Below, in pieces: positions 7,370 to 17,100 of a stretch of DNA of 19,468 nt; the stretch's first letter is position 1; the number at the start of each line of letters is the position of its first letter. This DNA is from an uncultured bacterium (GTDB lineage: Bacteria; Hydrogenedentota; Hydrogenedentia; Hydrogenedentales; JAEUWI01). The notes below the pieces were generated by a model. The model was not told the origin of the DNA and ran no database searches. It saw only the letters and a list, made by a program, of their open reading frames with translations. Position numbers and translations under genes: made by a program. The stretch is from NCBI GenBank assembly GCA_963977445.1, contig CAXBPH010000121.1:1-19468 (forward strand), in the 5' to 3' direction.

Positions 7370-7405
7370 TTGGTCCGGCGGGCGTTACGCGACGGTGGAG
7401 ACGAC

Positions 7406-7441
7406 GCTGTCCCTGCTGTCCCTTTCGTCTCTGTAGTCCCT
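7406..7441. repeat. Degenerate 9-bp tandem repeat (NNNGTCCCT x4)
   Basis: GCTGTCCCT GCTGTCCCT TTCGTCTCT GTAGTCCCT, directly after the DUF1553 stop codon. Confidence 0.6.
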
Positions 7442-7444
7442 CGC

Positions 7445-9844
7445 TCAGCCCTTCGTCACCGTCTCATCCAGGTTCAACAAGATATTCGCTATGGTCGTCC
7501 AGGTAGCAAGCGCAGTGGCGTCAAGATCCTTGGGCACCGGTGCCCGGCCCTGGTGGATGAGTTCGGTCGCTGCGTCGGCGTTTGTAGAGAAGGCGGCGTG
7601 TTGCTCGCCATAAAGCTTCGCAAACAACGCCCACTCTGCTTCTCGGGGTGGCCGTATCAGGCACTGGCGCAGGGCAAAGTCTATTTTGGCGTCTACACTG
7701 TCGCCCCCTTCGCGCAATATGCGTTCGCCAAAGACCCGGGCTGCCTCCACAAACTGAGGATCGTTCATCGTGGTCAGGGCCTGCAATGGGGTGTTGGTGC
7801 GCGCTCGTTCTGCCGTGCAATATTCAAAGCCAGGCGTATCAAAGCCCTGGAAGGTGGGGTAGGGCACGGAGCGGCGTCGGAAAGTATACATACCCCGGCG
7901 ATAGAGGTCGGGGCCTTGCGTTTCCGGCCAGATACCGGCGCCGTAGCCCGTCAGTGCTTTTTCTTCCCAGAGGCCCGCCGGTTGATAGGGGTGGACACTG
8001 GGGCCTCCCACGGTTTCGTTCAGGAGGCCGCTTACGACCAGCGCGTTATCGCGAATGGCTTCGGCGTCCAGTCGGAAACGGGGCCCCCGTGCGAGCAGAA
8101 CATTGTAGGGGTCGTGGGCGTAGGCATCGGCCCCCACCGCAGCGCTCTGCTGGTAGGTGGCGGAAGATACCATCATGCGGAGCATACCTTGTACATCCCA
8201 TCCCGACTCCACGAAGGTGACGGCAAGAAAATCGAGGAGTTCGGGGTGTGACGGGGCGGCGCTTCGGGTGCCAAAATCTTCCGGTGTGGAAACGAGCCCC
8301 TGGCCGAAGAGTTCCTGCCACATCCGGTTCACCGCGACGCGGGCCGTGAGGGGGTTCTCCGGGGAGGTGACCCAATTGGCCAGATCGAGACGACTGGCCC
8401 GTTGTCCCTCGGGGATGGGCAGAGCCGGCAATACAGCGGGCGTCCCCGGTAACACGGCTTCCCCGGGCTGGAGGAAATCGCCGCGAGCGAGGATGTGGGT
8501 TTCCCGAGGGGTCTCCATCTCTGCCATGACCAGGGTGGTGACAATTTCCTTCTTTTTCTCTTCGAGTTGCTTCTCCAGGGTTTCCAGCCGTGTTGGCGGC
8601 GCATCCTTTGGCTTTTCCTCGGGCGTTTCCGTGTTTTCCGGCGGCGGGGGGAACTCGGCCTTCAGTTTGGCGATTACCGAGGCCAACCCATCAAGTTCTG
8701 CCTGCAACGTGGCGCCAGGCGGCAACTCCACCAGGGGCGCGCGGCTCTGAAAGGTGCCACCACCAATTTCGGGCACCGTGTTAAAGAAGGCGTAGAACTC
8801 GTAAAACTCTTTTTGGGTGAGGGGGTCATATTTGTGATCGTGACACTGGGCGCAGGCCATGGTCGTGCCCATCCAGGTCGTCATGGTGGCGTCTACCCGA
8901 TCTACTACCGACTTTGTCCGAAACTCTTCTGGGTCGATGCCGCCCTCTTCGTTCAACATGGTGTTGCGATGAAATCCCGTGGCGATACGCTGCTCCAGGG
9001 TGGAATCGGGCAACAGGTCCCCCGCCAGTTGTTCCCGGGTGAACTGGTCAAAGGGCATATTTTTATTGTAAGCGCGGATGACCCAATCGCGGTAGGGCCA
9101 CATGCTTCGGGGGGCATCAATGTGGTAGCCGTTGCTGTCGGCGTAACGCGCCAGGTCAAGCCAATAGCGGGCCCGGTGTTCGCCATAGTGGGGACTTGCA
9201 AAAAGGCGGTCCAGCACCCATTCCAGCGCATCAGCACGCTGGTCGGCGACAAAGGCGTCGGCTTCTTCGACAGTGGGGGGAAGGCCCGTGATATCAAGAC
9301 TCAATCGACGCAACAGGGTGTAGCGATCTGCCTCCGGTGATGGGCTAAGCCCTTCCTTATCCAGCCGGGCGAGGACAAATCGGTCAATGTCATTCCGGGG
9401 CCACGCCGTGTTGTTCACGGCGGGTACAGGAGGCTTCACCGGAGCGATGTAGGCCCAGTGGGCTTCAACGGGAGCCCCTTGCGCGATCCACGTGCGGAGG
9501 GTCTCGATGTCGGCCGGGTCCAGGGCATCACCCTTGTCCGACGGCGGCATACGGTCATCGGCGTCGCTGGTCGTAATACGGTGGATGAGGGTACTGTTTT
9601 CCGGCGCGCCGGGAACGACAGCGGCCGCGCCCGATTTTAACAGCGCCGAAGCGCCCTCCGCCGTGTCCAGACGTAAGCCTGCCTTCCGCGCCGCACCGTC
9701 CTGACCATGGCAGGTAAAACAATGCTCCGCGAGTATAGGACGGATGTCCTTGTTGAAGGATAGGGCGCTTTCTTCCCCACTGGCCAGAGGAACATAGGAA
9801 AACGCAACGGTCAGGGCTGCCAGAAAAAAACGTGTCAACTGCAT
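7445..9844 (-). CDS. Planctomycete cytochrome c / DUF1549 / DUF1553 protein, short form (799 aa)
   Basis: Signal peptide, FNKDIRPILAEHCFTCHG, GLRLD, WLDLARYADSNG, CAQCHDHKYDP, SHPELLD, RLDAEAIRD, TNTPLQAL and LLNLDETVTK. Confidence 0.93.
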   Translation of the reverse strand: MQLTRFFLAALTVAFSYVPLASGEESALSFNKDIRPILAEHCFTCHGQDGAARKAGLRLDTAEGASALLKSGAAAVVPGAPENSTLIHRITTSDADDRMPPSDKGDALDPADIETLRTWIAQGAPVEAHWAYIAPVKPPVPAVNNTAWPRNDIDRFVLARLDKEGLSPSPEADRYTLLRRLSLDITGLPPTVEEADAFVADQRADALEWVLDRLFASPHYGEHRARYWLDLARYADSNGYHIDAPRSMWPYRDWVIRAYNKNMPFDQFTREQLAGDLLPDSTLEQRIATGFHRNTMLNEEGGIDPEEFRTKSVVDRVDATMTTWMGTTMACAQCHDHKYDPLTQKEFYEFYAFFNTVPEIGGGTFQSRAPLVELPPGATLQAELDGLASVIAKLKAEFPPPPENTETPEEKPKDAPPTRLETLEKQLEEKKKEIVTTLVMAEMETPRETHILARGDFLQPGEAVLPGTPAVLPALPIPEGQRASRLDLANWVTSPENPLTARVAVNRMWQELFGQGLVSTPEDFGTRSAAPSHPELLDFLAVTFVESGWDVQGMLRMMVSSATYQQSAAVGADAYAHDPYNVLLARGPRFRLDAEAIRDNALVVSGLLNETVGGPSVHPYQPAGLWEEKALTGYGAGIWPETQGPDLYRRGMYTFRRRSVPYPTFQGFDTPGFEYCTAERARTNTPLQALTTMNDPQFVEAARVFGERILREGGDSVDAKIDFALRQCLIRPPREAEWALFAKLYGEQHAAFSTNADAATELIHQGRAPVPKDLDATALATWTTIANILLNLDETVTKG

Positions 9845-9987
9845 GGAGAGAACTTTCCGCCTTGGGCTCTACCAGCAATTGTAAAGCAGTGCCAGAGGCG
9901 GTGCAACCGCCAATACACGCCATAACGAACGATAGAAACGAAAGCGGGGTAGCTTAGAGTGGGCCCACAAGAAACAACAGGGACGAC

Positions 9988-10294
9988 GGGGTGCCACCCG
10001 ATCCCGTTCGACGGCGTCACAGACGCAGGAGGTCGGGTTCGGGTGCCTTGAGCCTGGATTACCTATTCTTGAGTGGTGACGTCACCGTGGCCTTTTGCAG
10101 GGCCCTTCATGTTGTCGTACTTTCGCTGGTGTTCTTTAAAGCTACTGCAAGGTGATTGACAGGGCACCGATTCATCCAGGCTCAAGGCACCCGAACGTGC
10201 ATACCGCAGCCGATAACATCAAATTAGGCGATCATTTGTGTCGCCTATCGTAGACCGTTGCCGTGATTCATCGAGCACGATCGGGTGGCACCCC
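9988..10294. repeat. Nested inverted-repeat (MITE/REPIN-like) elements
   Basis: Outer perfect 16-bp IR GGGGTGCCACCCGATC (9988-10003 / 10279-10294). Inner perfect 23-bp IR GTTCGGGTGCCTTGAGCCTGGAT (10037-10059 / 10174-10196). Confidence 0.85.
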
Positions 10295-10342
10295 TGTAGT
10301 CGTTTTTGTCCTGAAACACGTACACCGCTTTCGTGGCTACTT

Positions 10343-11101
10343 CTAATCCACCGTGACGAGCGTGGCCAAGGTAGCCATTTTGGTGGGGCCAATCCCGCTG
10401 ACCTTTTCCAGGTCACCCGGGGTGGTAAAGGGTTGGCTCTCCCGATAGGCGATAATTTTCAACGCGGTGGCCGGGCCGACGCCGGGTAGCTTCTCCAGTT
10501 CATCTTGGGAGGCCGTGTTGAGATTTACCAGCCCTCCGGCGCTTTCGTAGGAAGCGGCTGAGGACGAGCCGGTTGCCAGCGCGTCGGTACCCGGCGCGGG
10601 GTCGTCAAATCGATACCAGGCAGAGCGGGTGTAGGCGGGCGGATTGTACGTGATCTCGGGATAGGAATAGGTGACGCCATCCTCAACAAACAGCATGGGG
10701 ACAAGCAGCGTTGTCTCATCAATGAGGAGGGCCGTGCGGTTGACGTCGGAAAGGTCGCTCTCCGGCAGGGTGCCACCGGCCGCTTCAAGGAGATCGGAAA
10801 GCCGAGCCCCGGGGTCAAAGTAATAGAGTCCTTCCTCAGCGACCGCACCAAGAATGCCGACCGCGATCTGTTCGGGGGCCTCAGGCGGTGGGGGAGAAGG
10901 GGTGGTCACCGTTACAACCTGGCGTGCCGGTGCGATAGTCGGCGCCGTCACGGCCCCATCCGCCCGTGGAACGAAGGTGTCCGGCGAATGCGTCGACTCG
11001 GCGGTGCCCTGCCAGAGGAGGACGGCCGAGCCCAATACAATGGCCCCGGCCACACCCAGCAGCAGCCACTGCTCTCGAACTGTCATCAAGCGGCTTAACA
11101 T
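10343..11101 (-). CDS. comEA: ComEA-family DNA-binding protein (TM anchor, SLBB, helix-hairpin-helix)
   Basis: N-terminal TM helix, SLBB-like GAVAEEGLY...GARLSDLLEAAGG, and tandem HhH VNLNTASQDELEKLPGVGP...DLEKVSGIGP. Confidence 0.88.
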   Translation of the reverse strand: MLSRLMTVREQWLLLGVAGAIVLGSAVLLWQGTAESTHSPDTFVPRADGAVTAPTIAPARQVVTVTTPSPPPPEAPEQIAVGILGAVAEEGLYYFDPGARLSDLLEAAGGTLPESDLSDVNRTALLIDETTLLVPMLFVEDGVTYSYPEITYNPPAYTRSAWYRFDDPAPGTDALATGSSSAASYESAGGLVNLNTASQDELEKLPGVGPATALKIIAYRESQPFTTPGDLEKVSGIGPTKMATLATLVTVD

Positions 11102-11201
11102 GACCGCCCCCGTAACAACAGGTACCTTTACTACGCTCTTATTTCAGGTTGCCCCGACCCTATCGACCGGAACACATTGCCCGAGTCCGTCAGGAGAACC
11201 C

Positions 11202-12662
11202 CTAGGTCAAAATATCGTGAACCACCTTGCCGTGGATATCGGTGAGGCGGAAATCGCGACCTTGAAACTTGTAGGTCAGTCGTTCGTGGTCAATACCCAT
11301 CATGTGGAGCATGGTGGCATTCAAATCATGAACGTGAACCGGGTCTTTCACGACGTTATAGGAAAAATCATCGGTTTCACCATAGACGTGGCCGGCCTTC
11401 ACGCCACCACCCGCCATCCACACCGAGAAATTGCGCCCGTGGTGATCGCGGCCATAATTAACGAGGTCCGAGCCCTGGCAATAGACCGTGCGACCAAATT
11501 CGCCGCCCCAGACCACCAAGGTGTCATCGAGAAGGCCTCGTTGCTTGAGATCCTGCACCAGGGCCGAAGACGCCTGGTCCACATCCTTGCACTGTTTGGG
11601 CAGGTCACCAGGCAGGTTGCCGTGCTGATCCCATCCACGGTGATAGAGCTGGACGAAGCGCACATCCCGTTCAATCAATCGGCGGGCGAGGAGGCAGTTC
11701 GCGGCATAGGTGCCGGGCGTCCGCGCGTCGTCGCCATACATGTCGAAAATATAGTCCGGTTCTTCCGTCACATCCATGAGGTCGGGCACCGACGTCTGCA
11801 TGCGATAGGCCATCTCATACTGAGCGATACGGGCTTCGATTTCGGGATCGCCAAAGGCATCAAAGGCCATTTTGTTCAATTGGCCAAGACTGTCGAGCAT
11901 GTTGCGACGGCTGCTTGCCGTCACCCCGGGTGGGTTGGTGAGATAGAGGACCGCGTCTTTGCCACTGCGGAAATTGACGCCCTGGTGTTCGGAGGGCAAA
12001 AAGCCCGCGCCCCAGAGACGTTGGAACAGGGCCTGGGCATCCCGCGCCGCGCTACCATGGGAAATGAGCACCACATAGCCGGGCATGTTCTGATTGTCAC
12101 AGCCCAGACCATAGTTGAGCCAGGCACCCATGCTGGGCCGACCCGGTTGCTGGTGCCCCGTCTGGAAAAAGGTCATGGCGGGGTCGTGGTTAATCTGCTC
12201 CGTATTCAAGGTCTTGATGACGCACATGTCGTCGGCGATCTTGGCGGTGTGGGGGAGGAGTTCACTCATCCAGGTGCCCGATTGGCCGTGCTGCTCAAAC
12301 TTGAACTTGGAGGCCACGACGGGGAATTTGTCCTGTCCCGAGGTCATACCTGTGAGACGTTGCTCGCCCCGAATAGATTCAGGCAGATCGGTGCCGTGCC
12401 GTGCCGACATCTGGGGCTTATAGTCAAAGAGATCCTGCTGTGCGGGACCGCCCGATTGGAAGAGATAAATAATCCGTTTGGCCCGGGGTGCCACGTGGGG
12501 GTGGCCCAGGACGCCCTGCCCTGCGGAGGCCGGCGCGGTCGCCGCAGCGGCACCATGTTGCTGCATGATGGCCGCGAGAGCCGCGGTGCCGATGCCGGCA
12601 CTGGTCCGTCCGAAAAACTGGCGTCGGGTTATGTGTTTCAGATGTTCTTGTTCAACGTCCAT
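11202..12662 (-). CDS. DUF1501 domain protein (Tat-exported), copy 2
   Basis: TRRQFF Tat motif. Motifs RAKRIIYLFQSGGP, DLFDYKP, NHDPA, ARRLIERDVRFVQL, WDQH, WGGEFGRT, GRDHH and RLTDI. Confidence 0.92.
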   Translation of the reverse strand: MDVEQEHLKHITRRQFFGRTSAGIGTAALAAIMQQHGAAAATAPASAGQGVLGHPHVAPRAKRIIYLFQSGGPAQQDLFDYKPQMSARHGTDLPESIRGEQRLTGMTSGQDKFPVVASKFKFEQHGQSGTWMSELLPHTAKIADDMCVIKTLNTEQINHDPAMTFFQTGHQQPGRPSMGAWLNYGLGCDNQNMPGYVVLISHGSAARDAQALFQRLWGAGFLPSEHQGVNFRSGKDAVLYLTNPPGVTASSRRNMLDSLGQLNKMAFDAFGDPEIEARIAQYEMAYRMQTSVPDLMDVTEEPDYIFDMYGDDARTPGTYAANCLLARRLIERDVRFVQLYHRGWDQHGNLPGDLPKQCKDVDQASSALVQDLKQRGLLDDTLVVWGGEFGRTVYCQGSDLVNYGRDHHGRNFSVWMAGGGVKAGHVYGETDDFSYNVVKDPVHVHDLNATMLHMMGIDHERLTYKFQGRDFRLTDIHGKVVHDILT

Positions 12663-12695
12663 GGGTAAAACTCCCGGTAGTCTTGATCGTATTCA

Positions 12696-14018
12696 TTATA
12701 ATCCCATAATGAACAAAGTAATAGCTAAAACTGCCCCCAGGAAGGGGATGACCACCGTGAGGGCCGCCACAGGCAAATAGGCAGAACGGTGGGTTTCTCC
12801 ACAGATGGCCCGAATCGTGGTCACGACGTAGCCGTTGTGGGGCAGGGAATCAAGGCCACCCGAAGTAATGGCGACGACGCGGTGCAGGGCATCGGGATCG
12901 ACACCGGCTTCAAGATAGCCCGGTGCAATAAGGGGAAGGGCAATGGCCTGGCCACCCGATGCCGAGCCCGTGAGACCGGCAATGACGCTCACGGCGACGG
13001 CGGCCCCTATCAATTCATTCCCGGGTATGGCCGTCATTGCCGCGAGGGCATCGTGGAAGGCTGGCGTCAATTTGGCGATGCTGCCAAAGCCCACGACGGC
13101 GCAGGTGTTGGCAATGGCCACGAGGGCACCCAGGGTAGCGGCGGACATGGCCTCGCTGAAATTTTTGAACTGATTTCGGTAGATAAAGATTGCCGCAAGC
13201 AGCCCGGCCAGTAAGGCCACGGTCAGGGCCGATTTACCGAAATCCAGGATCATGCTGAAATAGAAGGACGTAGCCAGCACCAGCACGAGAGGAATGCAGC
13301 CGAGTAGCGGATGGGGCAGCGCGCTGTAGTCCACCTCGGCCGGGTCGCCCAGGCGTGCGTCGAAGGCTTCGCCCCGGTCTGTTGCCCGCTTGATCATCCG
13401 CTGAAACCACCACAAGCCCGTTGCGGCCATAAAGACGGCAACCACGAGGCTGACCTGCCACCCGGCATACTGGGTCGTGCCGAGGTATTTGATGGGGAGG
13501 AAGTTTTGTATTTCGATGGAGCCGGCCGACGTCATGGTAAACGTCACCGAGCCGAAGGCCAGTGCCGAGGGAATGAATCGACGGGGAAGGTTGGCCTGCT
13601 TAAACAAACTCAGTGCCATGGGGAAGACCGAAAAGGCCACCACAAAAACGCTGACGCCCCCATAGGTGAGCACGGCGCAGGCCGCGATGATGGCGATGGC
13701 GGCGTGGCGAATGCCCAGTTTCTGCACGACCCAATGGGCTACGCTGTCGGCGGCACCACTGTCTTCCATCACTTTGCCAAACATGGCCCCGAGCAGAAAA
13801 ACGACAAACCAGTCCTGCAGGAAGGACGCGAAGCCCATCATGTAATTTGCCGAAAGACTATCCCCGCCATCGGCCAGGGGCGGCAGTAGGGGGATGCCAC
13901 TCGTGAGGGCGACCACCAGGGCACACAGGGGGGCCGCGATAATGATATTCATGCCACGGATGGTGAGGACAATCAAGAGGGCCAGCCCCCCAACAAGTCC
14001 AATCATACTCAAGGTCAT
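12696..14018 (-). CDS. GntP-family permease (organic or sugar acid:H+ symporter)
   Basis: Polytopic membrane protein with FLLGAMFGKVMEDSGAA, LTYGGVSVFVV, TGSASGG and GGLDSLPHNG motifs. Confidence 0.9.
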   Translation of the reverse strand: MTLSMIGLVGGLALLIVLTIRGMNIIIAAPLCALVVALTSGIPLLPPLADGGDSLSANYMMGFASFLQDWFVVFLLGAMFGKVMEDSGAADSVAHWVVQKLGIRHAAIAIIAACAVLTYGGVSVFVVAFSVFPMALSLFKQANLPRRFIPSALAFGSVTFTMTSAGSIEIQNFLPIKYLGTTQYAGWQVSLVVAVFMAATGLWWFQRMIKRATDRGEAFDARLGDPAEVDYSALPHPLLGCIPLVLVLATSFYFSMILDFGKSALTVALLAGLLAAIFIYRNQFKNFSEAMSAATLGALVAIANTCAVVGFGSIAKLTPAFHDALAAMTAIPGNELIGAAVAVSVIAGLTGSASGGQAIALPLIAPGYLEAGVDPDALHRVVAITSGGLDSLPHNGYVVTTIRAICGETHRSAYLPVAALTVVIPFLGAVLAITLFIMGL

Positions 14019-14113
14019 ACAACTCCCCTTTGGGAAAATTCACGGCGACGGCAGGTCTACACCACGACCAACTTCGCAAAAGCTCCCAAAACATGAAAGC
14101 TATAGTTCGTTGC

Positions 14114-17100
14114 TCAGGTTTTTGTGATGGTCTCATCCATATTCAGGATAACGCTGGCCACGGTGCTCCAGGCGGCCAGTTCCGTGTGCTTCAATGTGTC
14201 GTTGGCAGGCGCCATGCCCACCGAGAGCAGGGCTTCCGCCCGTTCCGGTTCTTTCTCGAACCCCGACAATTCCGACGCGTAGAGATTCTTAAGTACAATA
14301 AGTTCTTGGTCCGTCGCGGGGCGGGAAACAGCCAAGAGGAAGGCGTGATTCAAGCGCTCTTCCGGCGTGTCACCCGCTTCCGTCATCATCCGTTCTGCCA
14401 GGAAGCGGGAGGCCTCCACAAACTGGGGATCGTTCAACAGGGTCAAGGCCTGGAGGGGCGTGTTGGAACGACTCCGTTTTACGGTGCAGGTTTCCCGGTT
14501 GGGGGCGTCAAAGAGCATCATGCTGGGGGGCGGGCTGGTCCGTTTCCAGAAGGTATACATACTACGACGGTAAAGCTCATCGCCCTCGCCGAGGGTAAAT
14601 ACCTGGGCCGTAAATCCACCACCATAGCCCACTTCTTTCCAGAGTCCCAGGGGCTGATAAGGCCGCACACTGGGCCCACCGACTTCCAGGTTCAGGAGAC
14701 CGCTGATGGCCAACGCATTGTCCCGAATCGCTTCGGCGTCCAGTCGAAGTCGGGGCGCATAGGCGAGAAGGCGATTGCGCGTGTCCAACGCCCGCGTATC
14801 TTCCCGGTGGCGCGAGGCCTGGCGATAGGTCGAGGAGGTCACAATGAGTCGATGAATGTGGCGCACGTCCCAGCCGCTTTGTATAAACTCGGCCGCGAGC
14901 CAGTCGAGGAGTTGGGGGTGGGAAGGCATCTCGCCCTGAGAACCGAAGTCTTCCGTCGTTTTCACGAGTCCAACGCCAAAATACTGCTGCCAATAGCGGT
15001 TTACCGTGACCCGTGCGGGCAGCGGATTCACCGGATCCATCAGCCACCGTGCCAGGCCGAGGCGGTTGTTTTCTTCTCCTTCCGGCAAGGGCGGCAACAC
15101 GGCCGGCAACCCGGGCTCTACGGTCTCGCCGGGCTGGTCATATTGCCCCCGACTGAAGATAAAGGTTTCCCGGGGCTCGGCCATCTGATCCATGACCATG
15201 GCCGTAGGAAGGTTTTTCTCGAAGGCGTCTTTTTCTTCCTGCTTGGCGGCCAGCACACTATCAAGGGTTTGCCATTCTGGTGCATTGAGCTTGCGATAGA
15301 AGTCCCGTAGCCCATCTTTCTCCCCCTCGTTCCGGTCTTCAACGGCCTTGGCGAGGATGGTTTCGATGGCTACCGGGAATTCCCCGGCTTGTTCCTGGGT
15401 GTTGGCGAAATAAAAGGCGTAGGCATTGCCGTAGTTGACGATTTTCATCATCAGGACATTTTCGCCCTCCTTTAAGTCTACCGTGATTCGGTCCTGATCT
15501 TTTTCCACGCCCCGGGAAATGTTGTTGTCATGGACGACCCGGTCGTTGAGCCAAATCTTAATAGCGTCGTTGCTGCCCACGGAAAGGGTGGTTTTTCGTG
15601 CGGTGGGGGAAATGATCTTGCGGTAGAGATAGGTTGCACACACATTGCCACTGAGGGCGTTGATTGTGCCATCGGCATAACCCGGTACGACCAATTGCCA
15701 CTTCTGCCGACCATCGGGGTAGGTGGCTTCCAGGTCGACGCCCTGTTCCGGCTCGAAAGCCGTTGCATAGGCGGCCTTGCCGTCGGTGGCGGTGTAGGGC
15801 CCGGCAATATACCACTGATTCAGGCGTGCCCGGGACATGGCTTCATCTTTGGTTACCGACACACGGAAACGTCCCGTATTGTGTCCGCCAAAGCCGCTTT
15901 CATGGCGCAAGCGAATTTTGAGGAGCGCTCCCTGGGCGAAACCAATGGGAATCTCGGGAACAAAAACGGCCGTCCGGCCACCGGGCGACTCGTGACCTCC
16001 AGCACCATACCCCGTGTCAAGTTTGCCGTCGATGGCCTTCTCAATTTCCAGTGTTGTCTGCTCATAGTCCACATCGCCGGAAATCAGATTGACCTTGGTG
16101 AATTTCGTTTCACCACCGATGGGGCTTATCTCTACTTCAAGCTCGCTCAGGACGAGGTTGCCATTGTCGGCGCGACCGAGGCTATGCTCGGGCGCCTCCG
16201 GGTTGGTGAGCAACTCCAGGCGCAAGCCCGTGATGCCCGATTCGTCGAGTGGATATACGGCTTCAAAAATCTCCGTGGCCGGGTTCTCGCCGCTGGCCAG
16301 GATCACACCATCGTCCTGGGCCGTCAGGGTGGTGCCGTTGGTGGCGGCGACGCTGGTCGGGTTCAGGGCGGTCCATTTATTCTGGAGCTTCTCCCGGCTG
16401 GCGACTTCCCACAGCCCCTGTGCCGCATCAACTTCCGGCATAGGCTTGCGCATTTCCTCGCGGATGCCCGTAATTTCGGCTTCCAGCGCGGCGAGGCGGG
16501 TATCCTGCTTGTCGTTGGTGGCCCGCATGCGGGGAACGGAATTGCCATCGCGACCATCGATGCCGTTTTCGCTGATGGTGTTGAAATAGGCGAACATCTG
16601 GTAATACTCGGCCTGCGTAATGGGGTCGTATTTGTGGTCGTGGCACTGGGTGCAGGCCATGGTCAGTCCAAGCCAGACGGTGCCCGTCGTGTCTACCCGA
16701 TCCATCACATACTGGGAACGATATTCCTCCGCGATAATGCCGCCTTCAAAGTTGATCATGTGGTTGCGATTAAAACCGCTCGCGAGCTTTTGATCATTCG
16801 TCGCATTGGGCAATAAGTCACCAGCCAACTGTTCAATGGTGAATTCGTCAAAGGGCTTATTCTCTTTAAACGCACGAATGACCCAATCGCGCCAGGGCCA
16901 CATATAGCGCTCGTTGTCGATGTGGTAGCCATTGGTATCCGAATAACGTGCCGCATCCAACCAGAACCGCGTCATGTGTTCCGCATGTTCCGTGGATTCC
17001 AGCAGGCTCTCCACCAATCGCTCATAAGCACCGGGCTGCTGGTCGGCGAGAAAGGCTTCTACGTCGGCAATCGTCGGGGGCAGGCCCGTCAGGTCGAGAT

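Noticed and set aside
5157..7444. Integron cassette array as the explanation for the TA cluster
   Set aside because: I found no attC-like RYYYAAC...GTTRRRY palindromes between the genes and no integrase. An IntegronFinder run would settle it.
7328..9340. Long plus-strand ORFs 7328-8251 and 8495-9340
   Set aside because: Antisense shadows of the DUF1553 gene, expected from GC-rich codon usage.
10854..12668. 604-aa plus-strand ORF
   Set aside because: Antisense to DUF1501 and comEA, with no motifs of its own.
14030..16816. 426-aa and 428-aa plus-strand ORFs
   Set aside because: Antisense shadows of the 1178-aa DUF1553 gene.
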